Part shown: positions 46,891 through 55,940 of the stretch, piece after piece
Layout of the letters: every line of letters starts with the position of its first letter
How positions within the stretch are numbered: the first letter of the stretch is position 1
Assembly: GCA_002687935.1 (NCBI GenBank)
Contig: NZBN01000006.1
Location: 15,790-79,789, forward strand
Length of the DNA stretch: 64,000 bases
Reading direction: 5' to 3'
DNA from: Methanobacteriota archaeon
Lineage (GTDB): Archaea; Undinarchaeota; Undinarchaeia; Undinarchaeales; Undinarchaeaceae
Made by a program: the position numbers and the translations under genes
The notes under the pieces: generated by a model
Told to the model about the DNA's origin: nothing
Database searches by the model: none
What the model saw: the letters and a program-made list of their open reading frames with translations, nothing else

Positions 46891-46965
46891 AGCGGGATGG
46901 GGCAGCTTGGAGTGCCCGTCGGGCTCATAACCCGGAGGTCGATGGTTCAAATCCATCTCCCGCTA
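46891..46965 (+). tRNA. Initiator tRNA-Met(CAT)
   Basis: A1-U72 acceptor AGCGGGA/TCCCGCT, three consecutive G-C pairs in the anticodon stem, loop CT-CAT-AA, T loop TTCAAAT. Confidence 0.96.
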
Positions 46966-46981
46966 CTAAGGTCATACTATT

Positions 46982-47539
46982 ATGCCAGAGAAAATCCAGG
47001 TAAAAGTGCCTGATTCGTGGATACATTTTTCTAAAGCAGGAGTCTCAATTCTCATTATGCTCCTCCTTGTCAGGCTCGGATTCGGAGTAACCTGGAGCAC
47101 ACTTCTCACCATATTAGCCTATATCGCTGCGGGTATGCTCTCAAGACTCCCTGTCAGATATGGCGGCTCTCCAGTCGCCGGTATAGAACTTGCTACAACT
47201 CTGACAATTATTAGCTCAATACAATACGGTCCAATGGCTGGCTCAATAGTCGGCGCTTTTTCATACGGCCTTCCTATAATGTATACAAGAGAATCTCCAA
47301 GTGATGTTTTTGTCGGAACTCTTGGCTACATTGTAATAGGACTTTTTGCAGGCGGTCTCTACGGAATGCTCGGAAACCTCGCGATGACAGCTCTTGTGAT
47401 AGTTATTCTATATGACTTAATTGAAAATCTCATATACCTCACAATAGGCCATTCACTAATAGGTTGTATAAAATTCTCAGTAATTCACATACCTTCAGTC
47501 TATTTAATAACTAAATATCTCGGCGCAATTCTCCTTTAA
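46982..47539 (+). CDS. Multi-pass membrane protein (ECF S-component-like)
   Basis: 185 aa, ~6 TM helices; GIELATTLTIISSIQYGPMAGSIVG resembles the S-component GPxxGxxxG helix. Confidence 0.6.
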   Translation: MPEKIQVKVPDSWIHFSKAGVSILIMLLLVRLGFGVTWSTLLTILAYIAAGMLSRLPVRYGGSPVAGIELATTLTIISSIQYGPMAGSIVGAFSYGLPIMYTRESPSDVFVGTLGYIVIGLFAGGLYGMLGNLAMTALVIVILYDLIENLIYLTIGHSLIGCIKFSVIHIPSVYLITKYLGAILL

Positions 47540-47574
47540 AAAAACTGAGAGGGGCTTTCGCCCCAACTCCTAAA

Positions 47575-47865
47575 TTATATCTTGTTTATTCTCTCAACTC
47601 CAGACTTTCGGACAACCGGTTTCTTAACCTTTGCAGGTAGCCAGCTTGGTCTGTTTTCTGGTGCGTTAACGACCGTTACTGAGCCCTTGAAACAGTGGAC
47701 TGAGTAAGTTCCGTCCTTATTTCTGCGTCCCCGTTCTCTTAGCATAATGCTGGAGTTTCCACGAGTTGCAGCCTTAAGAGCAGCCTGTCTTGGTGAAGAG
47801 CCACTGAAAACGTGCTCTGTATCACCACTCTTGTTCCTTAGAACATAGTATTTCTTTTCTGCCAT
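47575..47865 (-). CDS. Non-histone chromosomal protein MC1
   Basis: YVLRN...VFSGSSPRQAALKAA...LRERG...VHCFKG...APENRPSWLP...KPVVRK; SD GGAGGTG before ATG 47865. Confidence 0.93.
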   Translation of the reverse strand: MAEKKYYVLRNKSGDTEHVFSGSSPRQAALKAATRGNSSIMLRERGRRNKDGTYSVHCFKGSVTVVNAPENRPSWLPAKVKKPVVRKSGVERINKI

Positions 47866-48001
47866 AATTTCCACCTCCTATGACTTACCGCATGATAGCG
47901 GTTTTGAACAAAAACTGTTATGGGCTACCTCTTTATAAGTATATCGATTAGAAAAAAATCTAAAATGAAACGCAAGATACGGGTTTTCCAGAAAATTTCC
48001 C

Positions 48002-48331
48002 CTAATTTTGCAATGAAAGTATTGCCTTTGCTATATCATTCCCAGAGTTCTTAAGAGCTTCACGAGCTGCATCTTCAGAAACACCAGCCTGCTGAACCAC
48101 CATTTCAATATCAGAATCGCTAGGTTCTACCTCTCCTTCAGAAACTGTCCCTGATATCTGAAAACTGTCCTGACCTTGCATATTCATCTTCGCAACTTGA
48201 GGTTCACTAATTATTATCTGACCGCCATCTCGAAGCTTTATGAGAACTTCCTCAGCGTCAATTTCATCGACGCTCATACCCATTCTCTTCATGGCTTTCT
48301 CAAGCTGTTTTGGATTTAGATTTGGAAGCAC
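48002..48331 (-). CDS. nac: Nascent polypeptide-associated complex protein
   Basis: NPKQLEKAMKRMG, NAC domain, and C-terminal UBA (DIEMVVQQAGVSEDAAREAL...DIAKAILSL). Confidence 0.93.
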   Translation of the reverse strand: MLPNLNPKQLEKAMKRMGMSVDEIDAEEVLIKLRDGGQIIISEPQVAKMNMQGQDSFQISGTVSEGEVEPSDSDIEMVVQQAGVSEDAAREALKNSGNDIAKAILSLQN

Positions 48332-49715
48332 TCTTTTTCACCCCTTTCTTCTTTACAGCTGATTTTTTCCCAGTCTTTTTATCCTTTACTACAGCTTTTG
48401 GTTTTAGTGTTTTTCGTTCTGCCTCAGCTTTTTTAGGAGTCTCAGAAACAGAACTTGCGCCTGTTTTCTCCCGGTTCTTCTCGATTATATGCCTCAAAAA
48501 GGTATAATCCATCGCAAGGACGCCAGGTTTCTTCTTCAGGAATCTTGGCTTTATTGAACCAATTATAAAATTTATCCCCTTATCTGATGCATTTGTTACC
48601 ATCTTCTGTTCAAGAGGTCCATCTACAAGGATTCCTTGGAACTGACCCTCTGAAAGATTATTGACAACTTCGTTCAAATCTCCTTTAGGAATACTTCCAA
48701 CCTTCTTGAATTTTGAGCCTGTTTGCTTCAGAAGAAAAGCGTCTCCACTTCCCCTAAAGTCATCTGTGACAAGCTTGTTAAGAGCTTCCATTTCAGGACT
48801 TATTTCGATCTGAGGTCTTGGTCTGTCCTCTCTCCTTCGGTCTCTGTCACGTCCCCGCCCATTTCTTCTATCATCCCTTCTTGGTGAACGTTCTTTTCCA
48901 AGGAATACATCAAGAGGAACTTGGTTTCTAAGAGCTTTCAGAATTTCTTTCTGTGTAATTTCTTCTACTTCAGTTCCATTAGGGGCAACTGAGACTGCTG
49001 ATATATCTACAAGATTCTTCAGAGCCTTCAATATCAAAACTCCTCCACGGTCACCGTCCAGGAATGCAGTTATTTTCTTTCCTTTAGTTAGCTCCTTTAG
49101 TGACTCAGGAACTTTTGTTCCTCCAGTACTCAAACAATTCCCGATTCCACATTTTAGAAGGTTTAGAACATCTGCCCTTCCCTCTACAAGAATGATTTCA
49201 TCTGAGCTCTCTATATCAGGTCCGCCTGCAAGCTTGTCAGGTCCATAATCTCTTATTTCACCTGTCTTTATTGCAGTTTGAACCATAGAAGATAATTCCT
49301 GTGATTCAGGAACTCCAGCTCCAAGCTTCTCTAGAAGTGTCTTGGCTCTGTCCACAACATAGTCTCTCTTTGAAGACCTCACGTCTTCAATAGCTTCAAC
49401 AGTTATAGTAGAATTACTTGGGCCTATTCTTTCAATTGTTTCAAGACCGGCCGCTATTAATGCGGTATTTTCTTTACTCAAAGAAGTTGGAATTTCAATT
49501 TTTCCTGTTGTTTTGCCGTCTTTAATTTCCAGCTCAACCTCTATTCTCCCAATTCTTCCGTTCTTTTGAAGTTCGCGAAGGTCAAGGTCTTCTCCGAGCA
49601 GACCCTCTGTCTGTCCAAAGACTGCACCGATTACATCAGGACGCTCAACCACTCCAGTAGTGGAAATTTTAGCGCGAACCATATATTTTATTGCTGCTAC
49701 TCCGATTTTTGCCAT
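48300..49715 (-). CDS. dnaG: Archaeal DnaG (TOPRIM primase-like, exosome-associated)
   Basis: GVVERPDVIGAVFGQTEGLLG, GRIGRIEV, LVEGRADV and FLDGDRGG; Lys-rich tail; start placed at ATG 49715. Confidence 0.95.
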   Translation of the reverse strand: MAKIGVAAIKYMVRAKISTTGVVERPDVIGAVFGQTEGLLGEDLDLRELQKNGRIGRIEVELEIKDGKTTGKIEIPTSLSKENTALIAAGLETIERIGPSNSTITVEAIEDVRSSKRDYVVDRAKTLLEKLGAGVPESQELSSMVQTAIKTGEIRDYGPDKLAGGPDIESSDEIILVEGRADVLNLLKCGIGNCLSTGGTKVPESLKELTKGKKITAFLDGDRGGVLILKALKNLVDISAVSVAPNGTEVEEITQKEILKALRNQVPLDVFLGKERSPRRDDRRNGRGRDRDRRREDRPRPQIEISPEMEALNKLVTDDFRGSGDAFLLKQTGSKFKKVGSIPKGDLNEVVNNLSEGQFQGILVDGPLEQKMVTNASDKGINFIIGSIKPRFLKKKPGVLAMDYTFLRHIIEKNREKTGASSVSETPKKAEAERKTLKPKAVVKDKKTGKKSAVKKKGVKKSASKSKSKTA

Positions 49716-49768
49716 CGTTTTACCTCTTTTTCGGGTAGCGCTCAAGAGAAAAGTATTCTGAAGACCTT

Positions 49769-50065
49769 TTAGAGGTCGTTCTCCTGTTCTTTCTGTCGTT
49801 TTCCGGGGGAGAAAGTAGATATTACTTCTTCCCACCTTGAGTCTGACTCCAGCACCTTTATCTTCGAGGTGCCACCCGATATGATGTGAATGGAAGGCTT
49901 CCTTCCAGTTGATTTCCGTATGGTTTTTTTAAGAAACGAAAGGAGTTCCTTGTTTGCCTTTCCATCTCTCGCTTCTGATTGAACCCACACAGTGAGTTCA
50001 TGAGATCTGATCACCTCTGCTCTCTGGCTTGGCGACCGCGGCTTTACTTTTACAGTAAACCTCAT
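49769..50065 (-). CDS. DUF167/YggU family protein
   Basis: VKVKPRS...VWVQSEARDGKANKELLSFL...IISGGTSKIKVL. Confidence 0.85.
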   Translation of the reverse strand: MRFTVKVKPRSPSQRAEVIRSHELTVWVQSEARDGKANKELLSFLKKTIRKSTGRKPSIHIISGGTSKIKVLESDSRWEEVISTFSPGKRQKEQENDL

Positions 50066-50071
50066 GATTAG

Positions 50072-50155
50072 TACCCAACTCGTTGCTAACTCCCAATTTC
50101 ATAGACTGGCTAAGGCCGTCCTCCATTGAGTAACCCTCGCAACGAGAATTGGGTA
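50072..50155 (-). ncRNA. Candidate structured RNA or 5' leader upstream of yggU-dnaG-nac
   Basis: 15-bp closing stem (50072-50086 pairs with 50139-50155, 2-nt bulge) plus inner stems; TATA-like TTATTTATA on the minus strand at 50184-50176. Confidence 0.45.
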
Positions 50156-50214
50156 TGAATTAGTCGGATTACTACTATAAATAAGTATTTTTGAGCCTGT
50201 TTAAAAATCTAAGC

Positions 50215-50778
50215 TCAGTCAGAAGATGTTGCACAGGACCTGCATATAAGTCCGCTTCCAACTCTTACAATCTCCTCTGCAAAGTTTCCACAATTTTCAC
50301 AGTTTCCGGAAGATGTCTCTCCAAGATATTCATTAACTCCATCAAGCTTTATAGACACAATTTCCATCAATAATTCAAGCTCAGATGGCGCTATCTTGGC
50401 TATATCTTCAGAAGTTACTATTCCTTTTAATTCATCATTCTCAACAACAGGCAGTTTCCTTATTTTATTAGAGCCCATTACTTTTGCCGCATCTATTATA
50501 CTAGAATCTGGAGAAATTGTGAACAAAGGCTTCGACATAACCTCCCCTACTTTCGTAGAGTCCATATCTGTAGCATTTGCAACAAAAATAACAAAGTCAT
50601 GCTCTGTAACTATTCCTAGTGCTTCACTTCCTTCTACAACTATAACCGCTCCAATATCCTTATCTCTCATAAGTTTGGAAGCCTCCAAGAGAGAACTCTC
50701 CGGACTTATAGTTATAACTGGGGATGTCATAGAATCTCTTACAGAAACATCTGCTGATTTCAAGTCCTTTGCTGCCAT
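50215..50778 (-). CDS. CBS-pair protein with C-terminal zinc ribbon
   Basis: Two CBS domains (VRDSMTSPVITI, RKLPVV..GIVT) and CENCG...CRSC. Confidence 0.9.
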   Translation of the reverse strand: MAAKDLKSADVSVRDSMTSPVITISPESSLLEASKLMRDKDIGAVIVVEGSEALGIVTEHDFVIFVANATDMDSTKVGEVMSKPLFTISPDSSIIDAAKVMGSNKIRKLPVVENDELKGIVTSEDIAKIAPSELELLMEIVSIKLDGVNEYLGETSSGNCENCGNFAEEIVRVGSGLICRSCATSSD

Positions 50779-50874
50779 ATCTCCTCAAAATAATTAACTC
50801 CTGCTACTATAAAACCATTGTCTTAATATTTTTTTTAAAAAAGCTTTTTAGGCAGTTTAACATAAGATTAGTTT

Positions 50875-51363
50875 ATGATTCTTGGAAATTCTGAGATAAA
50901 GCGTCTGATTAGGGATGTAAAACTCATAGAAGCTCATGAGGAAAAAAACGTACAGGGAGCGGGCGTTGACTTCCGGGCACGGACTTTTTACAGACCTGCC
51001 GGCGATACAAAAGTTCACAAAGAGAGTCGAACCCTTCCTGAAATAAGCGAAATAGAAGGCGACAAAATTACCCTGGCTCCAAATGAATTGATTCTCGTCG
51101 AAACTATGGAAAAAGTGAATATGCCCTCAGATATAGCAGCAAGGATACTCCCTCGTTCAACTCTCTGTCGCTGTGGCGTTTACCTTCTTACAGCATTCGT
51201 TGACCCTGGTTTCAGCGGGCGTCTTACGGTTGGTCTGAAGAATATGTCAAATCACAGTTTCGAGCTCGAGAAAGGGGCAAGAATAATGCAGATTATGTTT
51301 GAGAAGACTGAAGGTGACACAGTCGACTATGCCGGAAGATATCAGGGTGGAAAAGTAGTATAA
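50875..51363 (+). CDS. dut: Trimeric dUTPase / dCTP-deaminase superfamily protein, probably dUTPase
   Basis: GVDFR, PRSTLCRCG, VDPGFSGRL and YAGRYQG; lacks the TLE catalytic Glu of dCTP deaminases. Confidence 0.75.
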   Translation: MILGNSEIKRLIRDVKLIEAHEEKNVQGAGVDFRARTFYRPAGDTKVHKESRTLPEISEIEGDKITLAPNELILVETMEKVNMPSDIAARILPRSTLCRCGVYLLTAFVDPGFSGRLTVGLKNMSNHSFELEKGARIMQIMFEKTEGDTVDYAGRYQGGKVV

Positions 51364-51564
51364 TCAGCGTTTTGCAAGGACAACATCTTCCTTTCTTACT
51401 GTTTTTCTTTTTGCATGGCTGGCATAAGATACAGCCTTTCTCGCAATCTCAAGTGTTTGTTCTTCTACAGTGTCTCTTAATCTTTCAGCAGCATCCTCTG
51501 AAACACGTCCTGCTCCTGCTTTTTTCAAAAGACGCTCAAAAGGAGCAATAGGAAGTTCTGCCAT
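51364..51564 (-). CDS. Archaeal histone (HMf-like)
   Basis: [23 protein letters not shown]...[12 protein letters not shown]; 66 aa. Confidence 0.97.
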   Translation of the reverse strand: MAELPIAPFERLLKKAGAGRVSEDAAERLRDTVEEQTLEIARKAVSYASHAKRKTVRKEDVVLAKR

Positions 51565-51634
51565 AATCTTATATTGGAAAAAACTGTTAAATACTTGTCG
51601 GAATTGTTAATAAGCTCCCTCTCCAATTCATTTT

Positions 51635-52501
51635 ATGTTCGGATACCTAGCTCTCGCAGTACTCATTTCCGGTTCACTAATCGGAAGCTGGACAGACATA
51701 AAAATACGTGAAGTTTCCAATTGGCTGTCCTTCGGTTTAATATTCTCAATGCTGGCAATCCGTCTTGGTCAAGGTCTATATCTTGGGCAGTATGGCTATC
51801 TCTTTGAAACTGCAAGCGCAGGACTATTTTTCCTGGCTCTTGGAGTTATTCTTTTCTATTCTGGTCAGTGGGGCGGCGCAGATTGGAAACTCTTAACTGC
51901 ATATGGTATAGGTTTCGGTTCATTGTGGGGAGAGTTCCATCCAATCTTCGAACCTATCTGGCCCTTCTACTTAACACTTTTAATGAACATACTTATTGTC
52001 TCAGTTCTTTACACACTACCTCTCGCTCTTTTCTACGCTTTTAGAAACAAGAAAGTTTTGGCAAAATGCAGAAAGGCAGTGGGAAGAAATGAAAATTTAG
52101 CTATCCTATTAGGTTTCGGAGTTTCCGCCATAGCAGTATTCTATACAGGAGAATCCGTCTTATGGGTATTCGCAGTTCTCCCCCCCCTCTATGCACTTTC
52201 AAAATTCCTTCACCCTATTGAAAGCACCTATCTTACAAAACTTAAGACAATAAATGAGCTCGTCGAATTCGACATCCCCGTAAAAGATTTAAAAGTCGCC
52301 GGAAAGCTCATTATTTCTTCAAAAGGACCAAATGGAATGACACCTGCGAATCTTAAAGAGCTAAAAAAACTTGCAAAAGCAAAAAAGATTACTGGAACAA
52401 TGCGTGTTAAATGGGGTTTCCCCCTGGCTCCTGCATTTCCAATCGGTCTGGCAATAAGTTTAATCTTTGGAGACTTTGTTATAGCTTTGGCAGCTCTTTA
52501 G
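51635..52501 (+). CDS. Type IV prepilin/prearchaellin peptidase (A24)
   Basis: TDIKIREVSN (Asp1), WGGADWKLL (GxGD-like Asp2) and C-terminal GFPLAPAFPIG. Confidence 0.9.
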   Translation: MFGYLALAVLISGSLIGSWTDIKIREVSNWLSFGLIFSMLAIRLGQGLYLGQYGYLFETASAGLFFLALGVILFYSGQWGGADWKLLTAYGIGFGSLWGEFHPIFEPIWPFYLTLLMNILIVSVLYTLPLALFYAFRNKKVLAKCRKAVGRNENLAILLGFGVSAIAVFYTGESVLWVFAVLPPLYALSKFLHPIESTYLTKLKTINELVEFDIPVKDLKVAGKLIISSKGPNGMTPANLKELKKLAKAKKITGTMRVKWGFPLAPAFPIGLAISLIFGDFVIALAAL

Positions 52502-53436
52502 AAATAATCAAAAAGAGTTCCTTTTGTTTTTCGCTTTCCATTGGATGCGTGAACTTCCCTAGCCCGCTTTACTGTGTCTAAAATTTTATTTCTCTCTATA
52601 TCTGAAGGGAACCAAGCTCCTGATTTCTGCATTGTAAAGCTTGCAAGTGCACTTCCAAGCCAGCCAGCTCTGGCAACATTTCCACTTTTTAAATATTCCG
52701 AAATAAATCCACCTGCAAAACTGTCTCCACACCCAGTAGTATCAGTTCTGCTCGTTTTCAGAGCAGGAAATAGGTGTATTTTTCTGCTAGTACAAATTGC
52801 AGAGCCAAGCTCCCCTTTCGTAAGAACTATTATCTTAGGTCCCTTCCTCTGAACAGCTTTCACAGCGTCATAAATATTTTCCTCATTTGAAATTGATGAA
52901 ATTTCGTGATTATTGCAGAAAAGTATGTCTGTCTTTTTTAGAAGGTCAATAAACTTATCGGCATAGGAATCAGAATAGGTTGACCAAAGTGTCAGAGATA
53001 CTGTCCGTTTCCCTCTGTTTGAAAGGCTCTCTAGGAAATTCTCCTGATGCTCCGGTCTCGCCGCGGAAAGGTGAACGTGCTGCGAATTTCTATATGAGTC
53101 TGGCATATCTGAAAAAGATAATATTGCATCTGAGCTAAATACTTCATTGAAATTTATTAGTCTCTTATTTCGATTATAGGACAACTCAAAACGTGTTGAT
53201 GCTTTTTTCTTTCCAAGACCTAATGTATCGACTCCTGCCTTCCTAAGCTCAGAAAGCCAATCAGAAGGGTAGTCTCTCCCTAACTTAGATACAATTCCAC
53301 ATTTAGCCCCGTTTGCTGCCGCGGCAGTGGCAACCGCCGCCGCAGAGCCTCCTGGAACTCTGTAACATTTTTTATCAACTAAAATAGTGTCAATGGAGAT
53401 GTTTCCGACTGTAACAAGGTCAAACTTTGATGCCAT
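52498..53436 (-). CDS. PfkB/ribokinase-family kinase with C-terminal PIP-like motif
   Basis: GGSAAAVA, FCNNHE, TKGELGS and DTTGCGDSFAGGF; ends KTKGTLFDYF. Confidence 0.9.
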   Translation of the reverse strand: MASKFDLVTVGNISIDTILVDKKCYRVPGGSAAAVATAAAANGAKCGIVSKLGRDYPSDWLSELRKAGVDTLGLGKKKASTRFELSYNRNKRLINFNEVFSSDAILSFSDMPDSYRNSQHVHLSAARPEHQENFLESLSNRGKRTVSLTLWSTYSDSYADKFIDLLKKTDILFCNNHEISSISNEENIYDAVKAVQRKGPKIIVLTKGELGSAICTSRKIHLFPALKTSRTDTTGCGDSFAGGFISEYLKSGNVARAGWLGSALASFTMQKSGAWFPSDIERNKILDTVKRAREVHASNGKRKTKGTLFDYF

Positions 53437-53492
53437 ATTGAATCTCCCACTTCAAATAAAATAGATATTTGGAGGTTAAATAATTGTTCCTA

Positions 53493-55049
53493 TTACTCCA
53501 AAATTATTTCAATTATTCTGGCGTAAGCCGGTCTTGCTATAAGAATTCCGACTAATACTCCAAGTATTGTTACTATTGCGAAGCCCCTAAGAGCATATAG
53601 ACCTGAGAATGCAGGATAAGCAAGGGACAGCATGGCAGCTATAGTTGTTGAAGCAGCCACCATAATTATAGTAAAAGCTTTCTTAATGTTCCTTCTCAGA
53701 TTCCACAACTTCTCCTTTCCACCTCTCAGAGCCCAGTCTGTAATAATTATTTGCTGGTCGACCCCTGTTCCAACAGCGGCAATAATTCCGGCAATTGCAG
53801 GAAGGTCTATTGACCACTTTATTAAAGATGCCATTCCAAGAATTATGAGAACTTCAGAGCCCACTATCAACATTATTGGAAGAGTTATCCTTAGAAGTCT
53901 GTATCTTATTAATACTACAAGTCCTACGGCCAAAAGAGCCCCCAATGCAGAAATTACAGCACCTCTTAAAAAATCCTTTCCTAATTTAGGATCTATATAA
54001 TCCTGTGATACAATTCTTAATTCCTTAATTTCCCCTGGAAGTCGTCCTGCTTCAAGAACAATCTGAACTTCTTCAGCGAGCTCTTGTCCACCTGTCTGAA
54101 CAACAAGGTCCTTAGTAACTTCTCCAAATTTCCAGGTTTGATAAAGAGAAAATGATGCAGGGGCTGAAAAAGTTTCTCTATCATCCAGTAGCATTCTTAT
54201 ATTTGGAAGGCAGATTCCTCCTGCAATGGTTGAGCTGGCACAACCATAACCTTCTGAGCAGTCAGTGTCCGAAGTGCACGAAGACGGACTTTCCGATGAA
54301 GTGCCGACATAAACATCCCTGAGCTGTCCTGCTGCCTTTGTATTAATTGTAAAAGGAACTTCCCATGAACCAGACTGGACGTTTTTCTGTGGCTCCCCAA
54401 TCGGAGGCACTATAGCCTCTCCTGAGAAAACAGACTCATTAATAATTTTTAACTCGAATTTTCCTACAGATTTTACAATTCCAACAACCTTTTCCGAACC
54501 TTCGCCTGCCATTTCAACATCAATGAAACTTCTTCCGGATGCATCTCCAATTGTTCGTACAACCATATTCTTCAGCCCATATACATTGAGTCTCGCCGTA
54601 AGAACTGAGGCAGTCGAATCAAGAACCTCCTGGCTTATTGGACTTCCATCAACGGTTATTGGCTCAAGTGTTACTCTGGCACCACCCTTTAAGTCCAATC
54701 CAAAATCAAGATTTACTCTGGATGTTTCTCTTACAGTTATCCCTGGGTCTGTAGTATTTGTCAGAATCCCTCTGTAAGTTCCTCCTTTTGTCTTAATTGT
54801 AACTTGTGAATCAGAAACAAGTTCAGATACTGTTGAAGTATACTGGCTCAGAGTTTTTATTGAATTTCCATTCAGCTCATACAGGAATTCCCCTTCCTCA
54901 ATTCCTGCAAAGACAGAATTGTCAGAAACATAGGCAACTTCAATTCCATCTGACTGATAGGTTGGCAGGACAAAGAGAGATATAACTATGAAGAAGCTGA
55001 GGATCAAAACCCTTGGATGCTTCAATATCCTCTTTATTTTTGATGCCAT
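53493..55049 (-). CDS. secD: Protein translocase subunit SecD
   Basis: FGLDLKGG, ARLNVYGL, LEAGRLP and IAAVGTGVDQQIII; PDZ-like N-terminal part; start placed at ATG 55049, overlapping the secF stop. Confidence 0.93.
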   Translation of the reverse strand: MASKIKRILKHPRVLILSFFIVISLFVLPTYQSDGIEVAYVSDNSVFAGIEEGEFLYELNGNSIKTLSQYTSTVSELVSDSQVTIKTKGGTYRGILTNTTDPGITVRETSRVNLDFGLDLKGGARVTLEPITVDGSPISQEVLDSTASVLTARLNVYGLKNMVVRTIGDASGRSFIDVEMAGEGSEKVVGIVKSVGKFELKIINESVFSGEAIVPPIGEPQKNVQSGSWEVPFTINTKAAGQLRDVYVGTSSESPSSCTSDTDCSEGYGCASSTIAGGICLPNIRMLLDDRETFSAPASFSLYQTWKFGEVTKDLVVQTGGQELAEEVQIVLEAGRLPGEIKELRIVSQDYIDPKLGKDFLRGAVISALGALLAVGLVVLIRYRLLRITLPIMLIVGSEVLIILGMASLIKWSIDLPAIAGIIAAVGTGVDQQIIITDWALRGGKEKLWNLRRNIKKAFTIIMVAASTTIAAMLSLAYPAFSGLYALRGFAIVTILGVLVGILIARPAYARIIEIILE

Positions 55050-55897
55050 AGTAGAAGATTTCCGTTTAGTATCCATGTGTTTACAAGGTCTGCCATCAGT
55101 CCTATAAGAAGAACCAATCCAATTTGCTGAAGAACAATAGAGTTTGACAAAATAACCAGTGCCAACATGGCAGATATGGTACTTGCGCTCATCACAAGGC
55201 CAGTTTTCATCGCGTCATATATTCTGTCGATAACTTGTCCACCCGATTCTTTCAAAATTTTATTCGCAAGAAGTATATTCGAATCAACTCCATATCCAAG
55301 AATCATCAGGAGTGCAGCAATTGTTGCCAGAGACAACTTTATTCCAAATAAGGACATAAATCCCAATATAATTAAAATATCACAGAAAATTGCAAGAACC
55401 ACTGTAAAAGAAGGATAGGGTGTTCTGAAATAAATGAATACAACACTGGCCATGAAAAGGAAGGCAAATGTAAATGCCCACTTTGCCTGCCCCCAGAAAG
55501 TTGTTGCCAGTGATGAGCCGAGCATCTTTATTGAATATGTATTTGGAGTAAGAGTAATTCCAAAATAATCTTCTGCGGCTTCTACCATTTCAGAACCTTC
55601 TAGGTCACCACTGGCCGATATTATCACAGTTTCCTGTTGTCTTGAGGCAGGGTTCGTAGTCGTTACAACATCAACGTCGGCTACTCCTAAAAAATCTCTA
55701 ATATTAGATTCTGCGTCAGAAATATCAATAGATTTTGAATAGTGAATTGTTATCTGCGTTCCACCCTCTAAATCTATCCCCTTAACAAGAACTTCTCCCG
55801 TAGTGTTATAATTTACAAAAAGCATCGTAATGGAGCCCAGAATTAGAATGATGGGTATAATTACAAGTTTTTTATATGTTGATTCTGAAATCCTCAT
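55034..55897 (-). CDS. secF: Protein translocase subunit SecF
   Basis: GIDLEGGTQI, ALLMILGYGVDSNIL and MKTGLVMSAST. Confidence 0.93.
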   Translation of the reverse strand: MRISESTYKKLVIIPIILILGSITMLFVNYNTTGEVLVKGIDLEGGTQITIHYSKSIDISDAESNIRDFLGVADVDVVTTTNPASRQQETVIISASGDLEGSEMVEAAEDYFGITLTPNTYSIKMLGSSLATTFWGQAKWAFTFAFLFMASVVFIYFRTPYPSFTVVLAIFCDILIILGFMSLFGIKLSLATIAALLMILGYGVDSNILLANKILKESGGQVIDRIYDAMKTGLVMSASTISAMLALVILSNSIVLQQIGLVLLIGLMADLVNTWILNGNLLLWHQK

Positions 55898-55940
55898 AGC
55901 AACGTTGCATATAAATCAGAAGGTATTAATAACTTAGCCT

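Noticed and set aside
39565-46965. tRNA-Gln or tRNA-iMet as attachment sites
   Set aside because: I found no duplicated tRNA 3' end by eye and no integrase in the window.
49716-49835. 40-aa N-terminal extension of DnaG
   Set aside because: It overlaps the DUF167 gene; conserved sequence and an SD-like GAGGT point to ATG 49715.
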